This document shows positions 32,902 through 51,848 of a stretch of DNA of 64,000 nucleotides, one piece after another; the first letter of the stretch is position 1; every line of letters starts with the position of its first letter. Position numbers and translations under genes: made by a program. The notes below the pieces were generated by a model. The model was not told the DNA's origin. It was given only the letters and a program-made list of their open reading frames with translations, and searched no databases. This stretch comes from Lama glama. Lineage: Eukaryota. Location of the stretch: positions 37,262,001 to 37,326,000 of the forward strand of contig CM052837.1 in assembly GCA_028534125.1 (NCBI GenBank), in the 5' to 3' direction.

Positions 32902-33618
32902 ATGGCAGCCATCCCCTCCAGCGGCTCGCTCGTGGCCACCCACGACTACTACCGGCGTAAGTAAGCCCCTTGCTCGCCCCCTCCCCAGGTCTCACCCAGC
33001 CCGTGGCGGCAGCTCCAGTGTCTTGAGAACCCTTATCTGGGTGGGGAGTGAGCTGCTAAAGATCCCTGGCACTGGCCCTGTGCTGCCAGCAAAGCCAGCA
33101 TTTGGCCTGGTGGGCAAGGGGCTCAGTACCCTGCAGAGCTGACTGGGCCTCTTCTCTCCAGGCCGCCTGGGCTCCACTTCCAGTAACAGCTCCTGCGGAA
33201 GTGCAGAGTACCCTGGGGAAGCCATCCCCCACCACCCGGGTGAGTGGAGGTCCTGTTCCCATCTGTCCCCAGGGGCCCTCTGGAAGGAGCCAGCTGCAGC
33301 ATCCTGACTTCACTTTGCTTCCTTCAGGTCTCCCCAAAGCCGACCTGGGACACTGGTGGGCTAGCTTCTTTTTCGGGAAGTCCACTCTCCCATTCATGGC
33401 CACAGTGTTGGAGTCCCCAGAGCAGTGAGTCCACTTTCCTGGGGGGCAGTGACGGGGGTGGGCAGGTGGAAGCAACCTCTGACCACACGCTCTCCCCCAG
33501 CTCGGAATCGCCCCAGACTTCCACCAGCGCGATCACCTGTGACCTGGTTCGGGAAGCCGTGGGGAAGCAGCAGCCTGGCAGCCAGCCTGGCAAAACCAAC
33601 TCCAGGCCCCCGTCCTGA
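32902..33618 (+). CDS. PPDPF: Pancreatic progenitor cell differentiation and proliferation factor (115 aa, 4 coding exons)
   Basis: Exons 32902-32956, 33162-33239, 33328-33424, 33501-33618; GT-AG; 348 nt. MAAIPSSGSLVATHDYYRRRLGSTSSNSS...GLPKADLGHWWASFFFGKSTLPFMATVLES...RPPS*. Confidence 0.96.
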
Positions 33619-33858
33619 GTGGCTGCCACCAGGTGCCAGGCTTCCTTCCAAGGCGCTAGGCTCATAAGAGCCCTCCCCCTCCCCTTCCCTCCCCTCCCTG
33701 AGACGAAGCAGGCTACAGCCAACAGAAACAGTTGGGTTCTTTAATATCAAAACAGCAAAACGCCAAAAAGGAAGTTAAGAGAACCACGCTCTTTACTGTC
33801 CAAGCCACACGAGAGCCTTCCTGACACTTAATAACCCCGTGCCTTGCACCAAGTAGAA

Positions 33859-33864
33859 AGTAAA
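33859..33864 (+). terminator. PPDPF: Probable PPDPF polyA signal (variant AGTAAA)
   Basis: AGTAAA followed about 17 nt later by GU-rich GGTGTGTGTG; no AATAAA nearby. Confidence 0.5.
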
Positions 33865-35453
33865 CTCCAGGCAGCCTGATGGTGTGTGTGAGCTGTGTGC
33901 CCCCCCGCCGTGGGAGAAGTCACCCATACTCTCATCCTTCTCACTTCCTGGGCGGTGGGGAACTGGCCTTGCTCCCTGGGCCTTCCTGGGGCCCCTCCCT
34001 AGGCGGCCACCCCCAAGGTCTGGCCCAGGTGCACATGGGGAGGCAGCTCTGGTGAGCATGGAGCCTCGCATCTGAGAAGGGGTAGGGTGCCTTGCTATGT
34101 TGGGGAGCTGGGGAGAGCAGGCAGCCCAGGAGCTGGACTGGAGGCCTCCAGGGCAGCCACTGAGGTCAGGGCCCTCTGTGACTGCACCCCTTGTCCCTGC
34201 CACTAATGCTGGGGGCTGGGCCTCTGGCTCTGGATTCAGGAGCCCCAGCTAGAGGGGCCCAGTGCCCCTTGAAGGACCTTGAGGAGGCCGTCCTCAAGCT
34301 GGTGTCGGGTGGTTCATGTGCCACGTCTTCCCAGGTGCCTTCTGGTAAGGGGTCACCTCTTCTAGCCTCTTGAAAGATGCTCTCTCGACAGGATTCCCCC
34401 AACCCTGGGGGCGTGGCCCCAGGCACCCAAAACTAAGGCTGAGGAGTAGGAGGTGTAGGACTGCCCTAGAGGGGCCCTGCCACCAGGGACAGCCCAGCTC
34501 TGGGTAAAGTCCAATTCCAGGGGCTCTGTGTATGGTGGTGAGGTGTGGCTCATCCTCTGCTGGCCTCCTGGTGGTTGGCTGGTGGTGTCCAGCAGAGGTG
34601 GACGGGGGGAGTGGAGGGAGGCTTGGTGGGAGGTTAATGGGCTGGGCTCAGCAGGCCCTTGAAGGAGCCCATCCTCTGACCTCCCCATCTGCACTCTGCC
34701 TCATTCGCACAGGTCCATTCCAAGGCACTTGGATGGCTAGTGGCCTCCAAAGGCTGCACCCTCTGTCCTGCCTGCCCTCAGTGTGTCCAGACAGACTGCA
34801 GGGTTGGGGGATGAGCTCCCCTGTGGTCCAAAGGCTGGTAGACAGTGATGAGCCAGGGGGAGGGGGCATACCTCCAAGGCTGGCCTGAGACCCACCCAGT
34901 CTTTTTGGCCACAGTGTCCAGATGAAGCCCCCACATCCCCTGGTGGCAGCTGCTGATTGCTGAGGCAGGTGGCCAGGGACAGCCGCCTCGCACCAGGTAG
35001 CAGGCATCAGGGCCCCTGTCAATGCAGAGTGCTGGAAAGTCCATGCCCCCTCAAGTTCAGGGGTCAGGCAGGGCCAGGTGGCAGAGGGAGTGCAGCCGAA
35101 GCCTAAATCCCCACCGTGCACAGCCAGGGAGGCTCAGTCCTGTCCTGACAGCCAGTGGGCTTCGGGTCAGGACCAGGGACAGGTCCCCTCCCTTAGTTCC
35201 AGAGCAGGCGTGGGCTCCGGAGGGCCTGGCACTTTCCAGAGCTGGTGTCTTGAGGAGTAGGTGGGAAGAAGGGGTAGTCTGAGCCCCAGACTGCACTGGG
35301 TGAGCTCTCCTGCCCCGGGACAGGGCGGGCCCAGTGCTGCCGGGGCCCCTACCTGGGAGTGTCCAGTTGGTTCAGGAGCTGTAGCCTTAGCACAAATCCT
35401 CAGTAACTCAAGGTCAGCCCACATCCTTGATCCGCGGTTGCTCAGGCCCTTCC

Positions 35454-41853
<6,400 letters not shown>

Positions 41854-42520
41854 GGCCGGTACAGCGGCAGAACTGGGCCTCCTGGCCTCGCCGCCTTCAC
41901 TGGCCCAGCTCAGACACCGCTGGCTAGGAGCAGTGTGTGGGCAGGGCTGACGCTGACAGGCCAGCCCGCCCCACTGGGCCACTGCCCACTTCCCTGACAA
42001 GGTGGCGGGGCTGGCCACACCTGTGCCACCAGGACGGCCTCCCCCAGGCCTCCCCAAGCACCCTGGACTCCTCCCTGAGGGCCCCAGCAGCTGCCCCCCA
42101 TTCTCCTACCCCTGGGCCAGATCAGTCTGGGCACTCATCTTGCCTCCCTGCTGTGGGGAACCTGCCCACCAAGCAGCCACTCAGGTGTCCCTGGCCACAC
42201 GGCCGGACCTGAGCACCAGGGGAGGGAGGGTGGGGTAGCTGATCGAGCCAGGGCGCTCCCTTCCCAAACCTCCCAGGGCTGCTGGGACTGAGCCAGGACA
42301 CAGCATCAGGCAACTCTCAGCAGAGTGGCTGCTGGAAGCCCCGGTGGGCACTGCGTCTCTCCCCACGACCGAAGGGTCTTCAAGTGCCAGGTGCCTCCTC
42401 CTCACCACGGAGCCCGCGCAGTTCCTGAGCCCAGCAGGGAAACCCTGCCATGACAGGACGGCGGTGAGGACGAGGACCAGGAGAAATCACACTCTAACCC
42501 TACTTCCTGGCACTTTCGCT

Positions 42521-42526
42521 TTTATT
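42521..42526 (-). terminator. SRMS: SRMS polyA signal AATAAA
   Basis: First tttatt I found downstream of the SRMS stop; about 670 nt upstream of the PTK6 ATG. Confidence 0.65.
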
Positions 42527-44329
42527 GAGACGAGACTGGGACCACTCGCTTCACTGAAACCAAGTCCAAGTGTCGTTTCCCAAGTTCGTGAGCACACAGA
42601 GCAGCCCGCTCAGTTCTGAGCAAGGAGGGGCCAGTCCCGGGGGCAGGGACCCAGGGCTGGGCGGTGAGCTGCTCGGCTCCCCTGGGCTCCAAGGCCCCAC
42701 CCCGCACGCCCACCCCTCACCGCTGCCGGGACACCTGGGCGCCGCGTCCAGGGCCTCGGCCGGCTGTGCGGGGGGTTTCCCGGGGCCACACCGGGATGTG
42801 GCCGCGGGAGGGCTCTGAGGTGGAGATTCTGGTCCCTCCCTAGGCACCACCACCAGACCTGTTTGGCTTGTGCTGAAGAGATGCCCCAGGGATGTGCCAG
42901 TGACCCCAACCCTGAGCACACCCGCCTCCCCGGTCACCGCCCAGCACAGCCCTCCAGCCACAGTACACCTGCCAGCCCCGCTCCCCACATGCCACAGTTT
43001 CCCGGAAACAAAGTGGGTGAGCCCTCCAGCGTGGCCAGAGCCCTGAACCCCTCGCCACTTTATCTGGGAACCACCCAGAGCCGGGTCAGGGGCTGCAGAC
43101 CAAGGCAGACCCCCTAGCTGCCTGCGGTCCCAAAAGGCTCAGGCCAAACCCACCTGCCCCTACCGTCTGCCTGGGTCGGGAGGACGGTGTCCCAGGCTCT
43201 GACCCACAGCCAGGCCGACTGGGGCCCTGAAGTGGCCTGTTCCTACCTCCTACCTAGTCCTTTGGGCTGCCTCTGCCCACAGTGCCCACCTCTCCCCTCT
43301 GGGAAGGCTCCAGTCCCCGCCCTCCACTGTCTGCCTCTTGGAGACCAAAGCCATCAGGGTGAGCTGGAACCAATGTGATGTCCTGCCCAGTCCACATTTG
43401 GTGACACTCTGATGTGGCTTGAAACCAGCCCTGTGGGAAGTCGCATCCTGGAAACTGGCTGCTTCCTTTCCCAGGGGAGCTGGTCATCACCCAGGTGCCC
43501 AGACGACATGGCCTCTGCCCCACCCCCTCCTGCACAGCCAGGCCAGCACCCAGCCCCACGCCTGAGGCACTCTGCCTCCCTGACCTTTGTCCCACCCCCA
43601 GAGAACCGACCCCCAGCATAACTTAGTCACCTTCCAGTGGCCTGACCCATCCCACCCCCCTCCCCAGCCCTCTCTGCTCCAGCCCCAGGGAGATGGAAAG
43701 GGCTGTTCGTACAGCTTCTGCAGCCTCAGCCGGTTCCTGCCAACAGCCCAGGAGTCGTGCTGCCCCTGGGTCCCTGGTTCTGGGCGCAAAGATGCTCGCG
43801 GGTGGGGACCAGCTCTTCCTCCGCTGTGGTAAGCCAGCTAGGGGACCATGCATCAGCTCCAGCTCCTGCTCTGATCTAGGGGCTGATGTGTGTGCTGATG
43901 GCCGCGCCCCGCCTGTGCTATGTGGGGCCAGCGCCCCGATTCCACCAGAGAGCCCCAGCACTGCCGCTTCAGCAAGGCCACAGCAGGACTTTGGAGACAC
44001 TGGGAAGCCCACCTCTCACTCTTGACTCTGAGAGAGCTGAGGGGGCTCCATCTGGCCTTCTCTGCAGAGATCCTTATCCCACCAGGGACACCAGTCACAC
44101 CAGGAGAGGACCCCAGCCCCTCCTCTGTCTGAGCAGGTGTCTGCATATGTATGCCTTGCATGCACATGCAAATGTCAGAGCGTGTCAGGGCGTGTGGCCC
44201 AGGGCCAGAGGCTGCGCGGGCTGGCAACAGTTTTGGGGCACCAGAGACCCCTGTGTGTGTTGACCTGTCCTGTGGGTTGGGAGGCTCCTCGGCAAGCGGG
44301 TGGCCCTGGCCAGGTGTCTGGGGCCCGAG

Positions 44330-47300
44330 TCACGTGAGGGCGGGGTGGCGGCGCCTGCCAACGGCACCCAGCTTCTCCTGCAGGGTGGCGAAGTCCGGCC
44401 GCTCCTCAGGGCTCCCCTGCCAGCACTGCAGCATGAGCGCATAGACCTCGGCGGGGCAAGCAGCCGGGCGCGGCAGCCGGTACCCTCGCATAATCTGCTG
44501 CAGAGTCTCCTGGTTGCTCATTCCTGGGGAGGGGGATAAGGGGCTGGGTGGGGGCTGCCTCGCCTCTGCCTGGGGTCACCGTGGAGACCTCCCCCCAGCC
44601 ATCGGCCAGACCCTGCCAAGCAGGCAGCCTTGAGGCCTGGAGCCCCTTCCAGGGTCAGTGACCCCCGGGACAGGGGCACCTCTTGCTTCGGGCTGGCTCC
44701 CGCGCTTCCTCCCTCAGACTACGCCTCGCCTCTGGCCTTGAGGCCCACCTTCGTAGGGACACTGGCCGTAGGTGAAGACTTCATAGAGCAGAACCCCGAA
44801 GGACCAGACATCCGACTTCTGGGAGTACAGGCAGTAGTGGGCTGCCTCAGGTGCCGTCCACTTGACAGGGATCTTGGAGCCACTGCTCGGGGAGTAGATG
44901 TCGTCCTGGGTGAGGCAAGACCAGCCAGGCAGTGGGCAGAGTGGCACCCTCCCCTCCCAGCCGCTCGGCCGCCCCACCGTGGTCCACGGCCAGAGCTCAC
45001 CCTGACCTTGAGCAGCCGGGCCAGGCCAAAGTCAGCCACCTTGCAGGCCAGGTTGTCGCCCACGAGCACGTTCCTGGCAGCCAGGTCCCTGTGCACGATG
45101 CGCCGCTCCTCCAGGTAGCTCATGCCCTCGGCCACCTGGCAGGCAAAGGTCAGCAGGAGAGGCGGGCTCAGGGCCTGGCCTTCGGGGCCTGCAGGCAGGG
45201 CCGACAGTCAGGGCGCAGGCATCTGCCCGTCACTTCCCTCCATGCGCCAGTCTAAGACGGGGCGGAACAGCACTGCCCACCGAGGCTGCTGAGGGCTCTG
45301 TGCTGCCGCAGTGACCCCACGGGCAGTGGCCACTTGGAGCAGGCGGCTCTGTGGCAGCCTGGCCTGGGTCAAGAAACGGACCAACATTGGGAGGGGGCGC
45401 CCAGGGCTGGGCGGGGCCCCCGCTGACATTGTCCAGGGCTGGTGACATGGAGGCCCGCCCCATCTGCATCCCACCCAGCCCAGAACACAGTGCCCAGACC
45501 CCAGCCCGACCTCGCACGTGGCCAGAGCCCACCACGGCCATCCGAGCCTCAGACGATCGAGCGTCCAGGATAGAGGCCTGGAGCGCAGTCAAAGGCAGGC
45601 ACGAGCCCAGGCTGGAGTCCTCGTCCCCTCCGCAGACACTCACTACCCAGGAAGGCCTGCAGGCTGCCCCTACGCATGAGCTCAGTGACGACGTACACCG
45701 GCGCGCCCACGGAGCACACCGCATGTAGCCGGATGAGGCGCTGGTGCCTCAGGCTCTTGAGCGTCCGGATCTCCTGGGCGAGATCGGTGAGCTTCATGTC
45801 GGCTGCAGGACAGAGCAGAGCTCCAGGACCCACCCCTCCCTCCCCTGACCCCCCACCCCAGGCTCCAGGGGCACCACCCCTCCCCCATGCTCTCCCACCC
45901 CAGGCTCTGGGGGGCCCCCGCTCCTCCCCTGTGCCCCCCCACCCCAGGCTCCGGGGGCCCCATCCACCTGGTTTGATGACCTTGATCGCCACTGGCACAG
46001 AGCCCAGCCACAGGCCTTCCCACACCTCCCCAAAGTAGCCTTCGCCCAGCTTCCTCTGCAGGGTGAACTCAGAACGTGGCCGCTCCCACTCGTCCTGCTC
46101 GGGGGTGGGGGGCACTCAGCACCTCTGCACGTGGCTCCTGGGCAGAGTGGGCACTTCCTCCCAGGGTGCCAGGTCTCCCACCCTCTGCCCCTGCATCCCA
46201 GCTCAACCCTGGTCTTGGGTGGGGTAAGTGGCCCAGCTGCTGACCTCCCCAGGCTTGGCCCTAATTGCTTCCGGACCAAAGTGGCACCTTTGCTGGCGGT
46301 AGGCATCAGCTCACAAACACTCATCACCACCCGTCTTGGCTGTCATTAAGAGACCAGAGGAACCAGATCGCCGCCTGGCCCCTGGCAGGACTGCTCGCCC
46401 AGGATGGTTGCAGAGACACTGTGGCCCCAGTGCAGGTGTGGCATGGTCCCTCCCGCATCCCCCACAGCCTCCGCATTGGCCTGGGGCTGCTGTGGGCACC
46501 TTCCCCAGACTTGTCCCTGCCCTCCTGGTGCTCTACTGCAGAGCTGGGCAGTGGGAGAGGGCACCCTACAGGCCTCCTCTCCCCCTATGCCAGGGATCCC
46601 CTGAGATGGTGAGAGCAGACCCAGCCCCAGGGCAAGGCCCCAGCCAGAGTGTGGAGGAGGCAGTGGGACACCTGAGCAGCACCTGGCCCAGGCCAGGCCA
46701 GCCGGATGTGCTCCGGGCAGCATCTCAGGCCTGGCGAGGGGCAGCCTGGCAGGTGGGTGGTCAGTGGGCTTACCTGGGGCACACAGGGCTGGATCAGCTG
46801 CCAGTGGACCTTGTAATAGGCCAGGAGCTCCTCCAGGCTGGGGAAGAGCTGGTCCTTCTGCAGGTAGAGGCTGCCGTCGGCTGCCGTGGAGATGCGGTAG
46901 TGGTGGACTTTGGCCTGGGCCCGGACTTGGGGGCACAGAGAAGGAGGCTGTGTCTTGGCTGCAGCCCGCCCTAGGCTGTCCCAGCACCCCAACCAGATGA
47001 CCCACCCAACCCTCCTCGGGGCCCGGCTCAGCCCCCGCCTTGCGGCCCTGAGATGACTGCAGCTGCGTGGAGGCCACAGGGGCAGTGGGAGGGCCGGGGG
47101 GTCCCTGCTGACAGTGTGCACAGAGCAGGTGCTCAGTGGATACTCGGGGGACAAACGAGTCCACATGTGGGTGGAGGAGCGGGGGAGCGGCAGGGTGAGT
47201 GAATCGAGGTGAAGGGACCAGTCCAGGGGTGAACGGGTGGGCAAGCACGTGAGTGAGTGGTGACGGGAGAATGGGTGAGTGTGTAAGTGAAGAAACACAT

Positions 47301-50300
47301 GCGTGCGGGGGCGGGGGATGGGTTCGCCAGGCCCGTGGTGGCTTAGGGGCTGCCCTGCCTGGGCAGCAGCCACCCAACAGCCGGGGCAGTCAGCCTGGCG
47401 GGAGCTGGGCGCGGGGCCTCAGGGCAGGGACACGGTACCTGACAGCGAGAAGTCCCCATGGCTGCTCTCACTCGGCCGGACGAGGAAGGCGCCTGGCGCG
47501 TTGCCAGGGGCCAGGAGCAGCTGCTGGGCCCCAGCCCGGCTGATGCCACTGAAGTACCAGCTGCAAAGGGTGAGCACAGCGGTCCTCACTCAGGCCCCAC
47601 GTGGGTCCGAGGCCCTGGAGGCCCACCCTGTGCAGATAGCAGAGCCGAGGCCCGAGGCCCTGCAGTCTCTCGGGGAGAAGATGCACACAGTACCCGAGGC
47701 TGGTGGCCCAACCCAGGGTCTTGCACCTGCCCCAGCCCCCAGGGCTCAGCCTCTGGGGTCGTCAGGGACCAGACGGGAGGACCACTGGGCTGGCAGAGGA
47801 GTGACACAGCCACTAGCAGTGGCCTGTGTCAGGTGACTGTCCACCACCTCAGCCATAGGCTCTCCTGCTCGTAAAATGACCACGAGCCCAGGCCACAGGC
47901 TTAACCCACTGAAGTCCAAGGCTGCAGAGTGGAGGACTGCAAAGGGAAGGGGTCCACCAGGGACCAGGGGGCCCTGATGAGCTGCCCCCTGTGTGGGAGG
48001 GGCTGCAGTTGTGGCAAGGAGGACCAGCGCACCACCCGGCTGGACGCAGCCCGCACACCTTGGGAGGCGGACAAGTGAAGTGAGAGAAACAGGCCTCGCC
48101 CTGGAGTGGCTGGAGAGGCTGTGGAGAAGCTGGGGGAGGCCAGAAGCATCGCATGTCCGCCCCTGAGGGGCCGTGCCCAGCGCAGGCCCCCGCCCCCAGC
48201 CCTCTGCACACACAGAGGTGCTTCCTCTGTGAAGCCAGGTGTGCTGAGGTGGCTCTGAACACCAGGGCGGCAGGGGCTCCCAGGCACCCACTCCCCGGTC
48301 TGTGTAGGATGCTCAGACACCGGGAGCTCAGATACCTGAGCACAGAACAAGAGCAAGGGCCTGCCTGGGGCTCCCCCATCTGTCACCCCATCCAGGCCGA
48401 CTGGCTACCTAAGTGCAGCTCCCTGGTTCCACATTCTGGGGAGGAAAATGGAAAAGCCCCTAGCCCCACTCCATGGCCTGTGCCTGCTAGCCGAGGCCCA
48501 GAGTGGGGACCCCACCCCTGAATCAGCAGCTTCCTTCCTGGAGCCTCCTGCTTCTGGATGCCTGCCCCCCGGGGTAGGGGGCACTGCTGCCCAGGGACAG
48601 TTTGGAGAACACAGCCCCTCATCCATCCTGATGGGGGGACGGCAGAGGGATCTGGGGACTGTGGAGGTGGGGCAGCTCTCAGACCACTGTGGGGTGGGCA
48701 GAATCAGCAGGGGCCCTGGAGGACCCAAAGCATGATTCAGTAAGTCAACACAAGGTGGGGGTGTCCCCAGACGAGGGGACGAGGTAAGCAAAGCTGGCTG
48801 TCCTGGGCAGGTGGGCACCGCTGGAGCCTGGGGTGAAGTTGGGGCCTGGTAGGACAGGAGCCTGTGCCCACCCTGGGGAGATATGGGGCTAGGCTGAGGC
48901 TGGAGGGAGCGGAAAGCTGGAGACAGGAAGAGGTAGGGCAATGGGGGCGGAGAGGCAGAGGCCTGGGTACATTAGGAGCTAAAATCAGCAGACACAAGAG
49001 GAAGGGTTAAGAACTTGAGGACGTGGGACCACAGAGACCAGACCTGGCTGGGCAGTAGGCTCAGGGAAAGCCGACACATTTTTGGGTCACTTTGATTCGG
49101 GAGCAGGAGGTGCAGACGTGAGGCCGCTGGGCTTCGTCCACCAAGGGCCTCCACAGCCAGGCCTTGCCCTCCTTCCGGGGTCCTCGAGCCAGGAGAGCCT
49201 CCCCCACCGTGAAGGGGCTACAGGGGCCCTTCCCAGGCCTGCCGTGCTTCCCAGCCCCCAGCCCGCCCCGGACCCACAGCAGGGCCGGGAGCAGGCTGAG
49301 CCTCTGTGCACACCCGACTTCGGCGATGTTCTCAGAGTGGCTCCCCCTGCCCAGCTGACCCAGGGGCTAATGACACTGTGGGTGTAGTCAGCCCTTTCAT
49401 CCCAGCAGAGGCAAACAGTCATTAGCTCTTCCTCCCAGCAGCCCCTCCCCTCCCCCCGGAACCCTACCATCACCTCCAGGAGCTGTTCATGGGATCTGTC
49501 CTCCACCTGGAGTGACTGTAGGCCCCTCCGCACCAGAATGGCTGGGCACGGTTGGGGCTAGAGTCCCCTCAGAAGGCACCTTCCTGTGATTCAGGCTTTC
49601 CCCCAGTTGCAAATCCCCCAGGAGACTGTGGGAGCACCGAGGGGCCCCAGGAGGCTGGAGGTAGCTGGAGTGAAGCTGAGAACGGATGCTGATCTGCACA
49701 GGCCTAGCTTGGTGCGGGACCAGGGGCCCATGTCAGGGCGAGAACTGGGCGGTGGGCCTAGCTTTGCTAGCCCTGTCCACCAACCAGCTTCTGGCCTCTT
49801 CTCAGCCAGTACGTCACCCCTCTGCAGGCTGGGGCCGGGCAGAGGCATCTCCGCCCCGAGGGTTCTCTGGCCGGGGCCCCATCCGCCTGAAGTCAGGGAT
49901 TACAGGGCCACGCATCCAGAGGAGACAGGTAGGGGCCACGCCCAGGCTTTGGGTCAAACGCTTGAGGCCCACGTACCATGTCCACAGCCATATGGCGGGG
50001 CCGTGCTCAGAGCCGGCACACAGCTGTGCCAGGAGGCTACCCTGTCCTGAGTGCAGACCCTGACCCTGGGCAGAGAGGTCACCTCCTCTGAGGAGCCCTC
50101 TGGGAGAGTGCCCCACTCTGCTTCCCTCCATGATCACAGACTGGCATGCAAATAGCCAAGTGTCTGTGCCAGCCGCTGCCTTCCTGTGGACTGCCCTGGC
50201 CCCAGGGGCCTTGAGGACTCGGGGGAAATGGGCAGGTTCCCCCAGCTGTATCCACCCCCCCCCAAACAAGCCTCCTTGGGAGCAATCCCAAAGGCCAGGG

Positions 50301-51233
50301 CCATGCCTGCCCCAAAGCTAGCCCAGCACAGGAGGCGGGGGCACTGCGGGAAGGTGGACAGGTGAGAGGGGCAGGTGAATGCCTCTCTCTGACCCACCTT
50401 ATCACCCCTTCCACCCCGGGGTCACCACCTGACCCCTCACAGCATAAGGATGGCCTCTCCGCTGATTCATGTCCTCACTCTCAGTCAGAACTGCATCTGA
50501 GATCGTAGCCCCTGGCCCTCTAAGCAGCGGCCACTCAGCAAACACTGCTCAGTCCCTGTGTGAGAGCAGGAGGACCTGGCCAGCAGGGCAGGGCCCTAGA
50601 GTGACAACCATGCCGGGTGCCTGGCCAGCAGCACACACACACACCATGCAGCTGACCCCTGGCGCCACCTAGCCACTCCTGCCAGACGGCGTCCTTGCCG
50701 CCTTCCCTCCCAGGGGTACCGGGCTCGGCTTGAGGTCACAGGCTGTCTGTGCCCCAAGCCTGTGTGCTTGTTCAGCTCCGAGGGGCAGGGCCTGGAGGCG
50801 TATCCCTGGACGGGCAGCCCCCCGACTCCATCCTGTGATTATTCCTGACTCCCCCGAGCGGTGGTACTCACGGTTGGTCCGAGAACGCCTCAGGGGTGAC
50901 CCTGGTCACGCACGTGATGGGCACCAGCCCGGTTCTGGGCGGGCAGGAGAGCCTGCGGGCGAAGATGTAGCCGCCCTGCTCCCTGAGGGCGTAGAGCCTG
51001 TCCCCGCGGCCGACGCTCAGCTCCTCCGCGCTCCGCGCCCTGAACTCGCACAGCACCCTGAAGAGCTGCGCTGGCGCCGGGGGGCTGCAGGGCTCCGCGG
51101 AGGGGGGCTCCACCGCCGCGGGCTCAGGCTCGAGGTCGGCATCGGGGTCCAGGAACCCCGGCGCGCCCGCCGGCCAGATCTTGTCCCAGAAGAAGGACAG
51201 GAAGGTCAGCCGCTTCCTGAGGAAGGGCTCCAT
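44330..51233 (-). CDS. SRMS: Src-related kinase lacking C-terminal regulatory tyrosine and N-myristoylation (~484 aa, 8 exons)
   Basis: Exons 50872-51233, 47439-47560, 46774-46925, 45968-46094 (or 46097), 45644-45802, 45007-45188, 44749-44905, 44330-44523. [22 protein letters not shown]-terminus, [25 protein letters not shown]. The exon-4 acceptor is inferred. Confidence 0.93.
45820..45962. repeat. Imperfect ~42-bp tandem repeat (~3.5 copies) filling most of SRMS intron 4
   Basis: Recurring CCCACCCCAGGCTC(C/T)(A/G)GGG units. Confidence 0.6.
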
Positions 51234-51660
51234 GCCCCGCGACGCGCCAGGCCCCGCGGGGCACCCCGACGGGACACCAGAGGGGCGGTGGGATGGCGAG
51301 CGGCGGGGCCTCGCTGCGCGGGGCCTCAGCTGGCGCGCGGTGCTGGGGGACGGTCTCCCCAGGGGCTCCCGGCCAAGCGCGCAGAGCCCCCGCCCGCTCC
51401 CGGCGGTGCGCAGACCAGCGCAGGGGCCCCCAGCCCCGCATACACGACGGCGGCTCCTCTCCCCGGCCTCGAGGGTGTCTCGCGGGCCAGACTGGCCCGC
51501 GACTGCTCTGATCCGGCTGCGGCTGGGGTGGGAGCCGCCGCAGAAGCGGAGTCGAGGCGGCCTGGAAGAGGGTGTCCCAAAACCGGCGTCGGGGCGGGGC
51601 TACGGGGCGGGGCCTGGTGGGTGGGGTCTCGTGGGCCGTAAAAGGCGGAGAGGGGAAGTC
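50850..51660 (-). promoter_or_regulatory. SRMS: CpG island over SRMS exon 1 and promoter
   Basis: CpG-dense; GC boxes at about 51590-51612. Confidence 0.65.
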
Positions 51661-51712
51661 CCTCTGGGGAAGGAGTCGCCAGCGTCTCGGCTGTGCCAGG
51701 GTCACTCTGCCG

Positions 51713-51848
51713 GTGTGACCTTGTAGGACAGTTCTGCAAGGTGTTTCCCTTCGGGGAAACTGGCAAAGGGTACTTGGGATCTGTGTTATTTCTTACAGCT
51801 GCAGATGAATCTACAATTATCTCAAAATGAAAGTTTAATTTTAAAAAA
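51713..51848 (+). mobile_element. L1MC-type 3' end fragment
   Basis: ggggaaactggcaaagggtacttgggatctgtgttatttcttacagctgcagatgaatctacaattatctcaaaatgaaagtttaa followed by an A-rich tail. Confidence 0.75.

Noticed and set aside
31906-32943. 345-aa minus-strand ORF and similar long ORFs (16-840, 19496-20287, 40161-41216, 50730-51641)
   Set aside because: Low-complexity Arg/Pro/Gly/Ala translations expected in GC-rich DNA, with no domains; several overlap real genes or promoters.
41854-42057. N-terminal extension of PTK6
   Set aside because: It starts at TTG; GCCATGG at 41853 has a strong Kozak context and gives the expected 230-nt first coding exon.
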